Shown in pieces: positions 61,566 to 64,000 of a stretch of DNA of 64,000 nt; within the stretch, counting starts at the first letter, position 1, and every line of letters begins with the position of its first letter. This DNA is from Hydrolagus colliei (Eukaryota): positions 2,232,001 through 2,296,000 of the forward strand of contig CM068771.1 in the NCBI GenBank assembly GCA_035084275.1, read 5' to 3'. The notes beneath the pieces were generated by a model. It did no database searches and had not been told where the DNA came from. It worked only from the letters and a program-made list of their open reading frames with translations. Made by a program: the position numbers and the translations under genes.

Positions 61566-64000
61566 ATTGTTGTAGCTGACAGCCCAGTGCAGTGCTGGTG
61601 GACAGTAGGATGATCAGAGGTGCCGTCCTTCAAATGAGAAGTTAAACTAAAATCCATGGATTATTCAGGAGAATATTTTGAGCTATTAGCAAAGGGAGTT
61701 TCTCTGGTGACCTGGACATCAAATGGAATTGGTGTTGAGCCCTTTGGTATTTGTGGGATGGTAATTTGTGCAATTTGGCTGCTGCTTTTGCCACCAAATC
61801 TATATGACAATAAATATTGCGGAGTGCATTCGGATAACCCTCAGATATAGAGGGTTTTCAAAGAGTGAACGATCATCTTGAATTTGATCCTCTGAGGGAT
61901 GAGGAGTCAATGGGGTGGGCAAACATAGTGGTGATGTGGTCGTGGAGCCAGGACTAGTAGAGAACATAAGTTGCATAGGTTTGGGAGATCTGCAGATTGT
62001 GGAGGGAGAGTTGGGAAGGCTGACAAAGTGAGAGTTGCCGTAGTACAGCTTGATGTGACAAACGCATGTGTACGGGTTTCAGCGGCCTGAAGGGTGAGGA
62101 AGTGGCAGAGATGGGCAATGTTGCAGAGGTGGTGGAAGGCAGTGCTGGTCATGGCACGTATTTGGGGGAGAAAAGACAGGTCAGTGTCAAACAAGACACC
62201 CATGTTTCTGACTGGCTTGGTGTGGTGGATTGTGCAGCCGTGGATGTTGATATTGTCAGTCTCTGAGATTCAGACACTAGAGTGAGCCAATTAGGAGAGC
62301 CTCGGTCTTGCTGACATTCAGCTGTAGAAAGTTGTCTCTCATCCAGGACTTGATGTCTGACAGGCAGCCTGTCAAGACACCAGTTGTCCTGGAATCGATG
62401 GTGGACACCGAGAGATAGAGTAGAGTGTGATCCCAATACTTTTGGAAATTTACCCAATTCTGCGGATGATATCATCAACAGATTGTAGAGGTTGAAGTGG
62501 AGGGGACCAAGGCCAGAGACCTGAGGAACAGCGCACGAGACATATGGAGAAAACGTGGAGATGGAAAATGTGAGAGGTGGGATCTGAACCAGTCAAAGGG
62601 ATAGAACCTTGAAGGTTGAGATGAGAGGTGGTGGAGGAGAAATCAGTGGTTCATGGTATCAATGTTGGCTTAGAGATCGAGGAGGACGAGGAGACAGAAG
62701 GATCCCAGGTCAAAGATGGACAGAATTGTGACCTTGACTACTGTGCTGCTCCGAGGATGTAAATCTGATTGTAGAAGCTCACAGTGGTAGGAACGGAAAG
62801 ATCGAAGCTGGGAAGCAACGATTCATTCAAGGAGCTTGGAAAGAAAAGCAATGTTGGAGATGGGCCAGTTGTTGGAGAGAGGGTTTGCATCCAAGGAAAG
62901 TTTCTTCAGGATGGGTTTGTTCAGTCCCTTCCCGACTTGAAAGGGCTCTATTGAAGTAATTTTTTTGTTCTATTTTGGCTGTTTCTTGGGGGTTGGGAAT
63001 GTTACCGGATGAAAGGTAGAGATTGATGGAGTTAGAGAGTAGGGGTTAAGGAGGTGCATCTGGGAGGTAAGGAGAGTAGTGGGAATGGGTTCAAGAGAGC
63101 AGGGGGTGGGCTACATAGATGATATGGTTGTGATGACAGAGGAGTTGGGTGGTTGGGGGGCAGTTTTGAAGGTGTGGAAGGAGGGAGAGGTATGGGTCAA
63201 CAACAACCACAACTTGGATTTATATAATGCTCTCCACGCCGGACAGCGTCTCAGACCACTTTCCAATAACAGATCAGGGGCTGAGCCACGGGGAGGGCGA
63301 AGAACGTGACCAAAAGCGCAGTCAAAAGGAAGGTCTGTAGCCGAGACCTGAAAGTGGGAAAAGAGGTGGTGAGGCGAAGGGAGTGAGGAAGGGAGTTCCA
63401 GAGCCTTGGGCGTAGTGGCTGAAGGCATGGCAACCAATAGTGGACCGGAGGATTCAGGCTACAGTGATGAGGCCAGACCCTGTGGAGCGAAGGCAGTGGG
63501 TACTGTTGTGAGGAGAGAGGAGGTCAGAGAGGTGGTGAGGTGCAGAGGAGTGGTGAGTTTAAATAGAAGAGTGAGGATCTTGAAATCGATCCTCTCTTGG
63601 ACAGGGAGCCAGCGCAGTCTGACAAGGACTGGGGTAATCGGGGAGCGGAGTTTGGTACACGTTAAAATTCGGGCGGTGGAATTCTGTATGAGCTGGATTT
63701 TGTGAATGGTGGCAGAGGAGAGACCGGCGAAGAGGACGGTCGGGTAGTTGAGCTAAGAGGTAATTGGGGGTCGTACCTGAAGCCCAGGTTGCGTGCGGGT
63801 TTGGAGATATATTCACCGGTTACTGGTTGACAGTTAAGCCAGATTTGATCCAGGTGCCTTCGGTGGCCCGCACCTGACCCTTGAGGCAGCGGAGTTGACT
63901 GGGGAACTGAGATGAGATTTGCGAATAGTAGGCGGTTCAGGAGGTGAGAGGGGCAAGTGAATTGAGAGTAGTGGAGAGGGTTGTATGGAGGAGAGTGAGG

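Larger units (their letters stand above)
43660..64000. repeat. Right arm of the inverted segmental duplication (enhancer + MHC-2 + TRIM-D)
   Basis: Reverse complement of 390-21220, differing by TE insertions and deletions. Confidence 0.92.

Noticed and set aside
43660-64000. Right arm as a simple haplotype assembly artefact
   Set aside because: Inverted orientation, many reciprocal TE insertions and about 27% alpha1 protein divergence exceed what allelic duplication would usually give; long-read confirmation is still advisable.

Overview
Eukaryotic, intron-containing, repeat-rich DNA. The CR1/L2/tRNA-SINE complement and gene content suggest a cartilaginous fish (inference; no species assigned). 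The window is an immune gene cluster: four RING-Bbox-coiled-coil-PRY/SPRY (B30.2) TRIM genes interleaved with two divergent non-classical MHC class I-like genes, in a mirror-symmetric order: TRIM-A(+) MHC-1(-) TRIM-B(+) | TRIM-C(-) MHC-2(+) TRIM-D(-). About 21 kb at each end forms an inverted segmental duplication. All exon structures were reconstructed by hand with GT-AG boundaries and consistent phases. MHC-1 and TRIM-B are complete and open; TRIM-A and TRIM-D are open but cut by the window edges. TRIM-C is truncated inside SPRY at an apparent rearrangement junction. MHC-2 has a CGA>TGA nonsense codon in alpha2 and has lost its last coding exon. Both class I-like genes keep an NF-kB + ISRE enhancer and lie head-to-head with a TRIM gene. 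Paralog divergence concentrates in the class I groove and the PRY/SPRY variable loops. TRIM-A (and probably D) looks like a B/C mosaic. Many arm-specific TE insertions (hAT and Kolobok-type MITEs, L2, CR1, SINE, a Gypsy gag relic) date the duplications. All counts are by eye and need computational confirmation.
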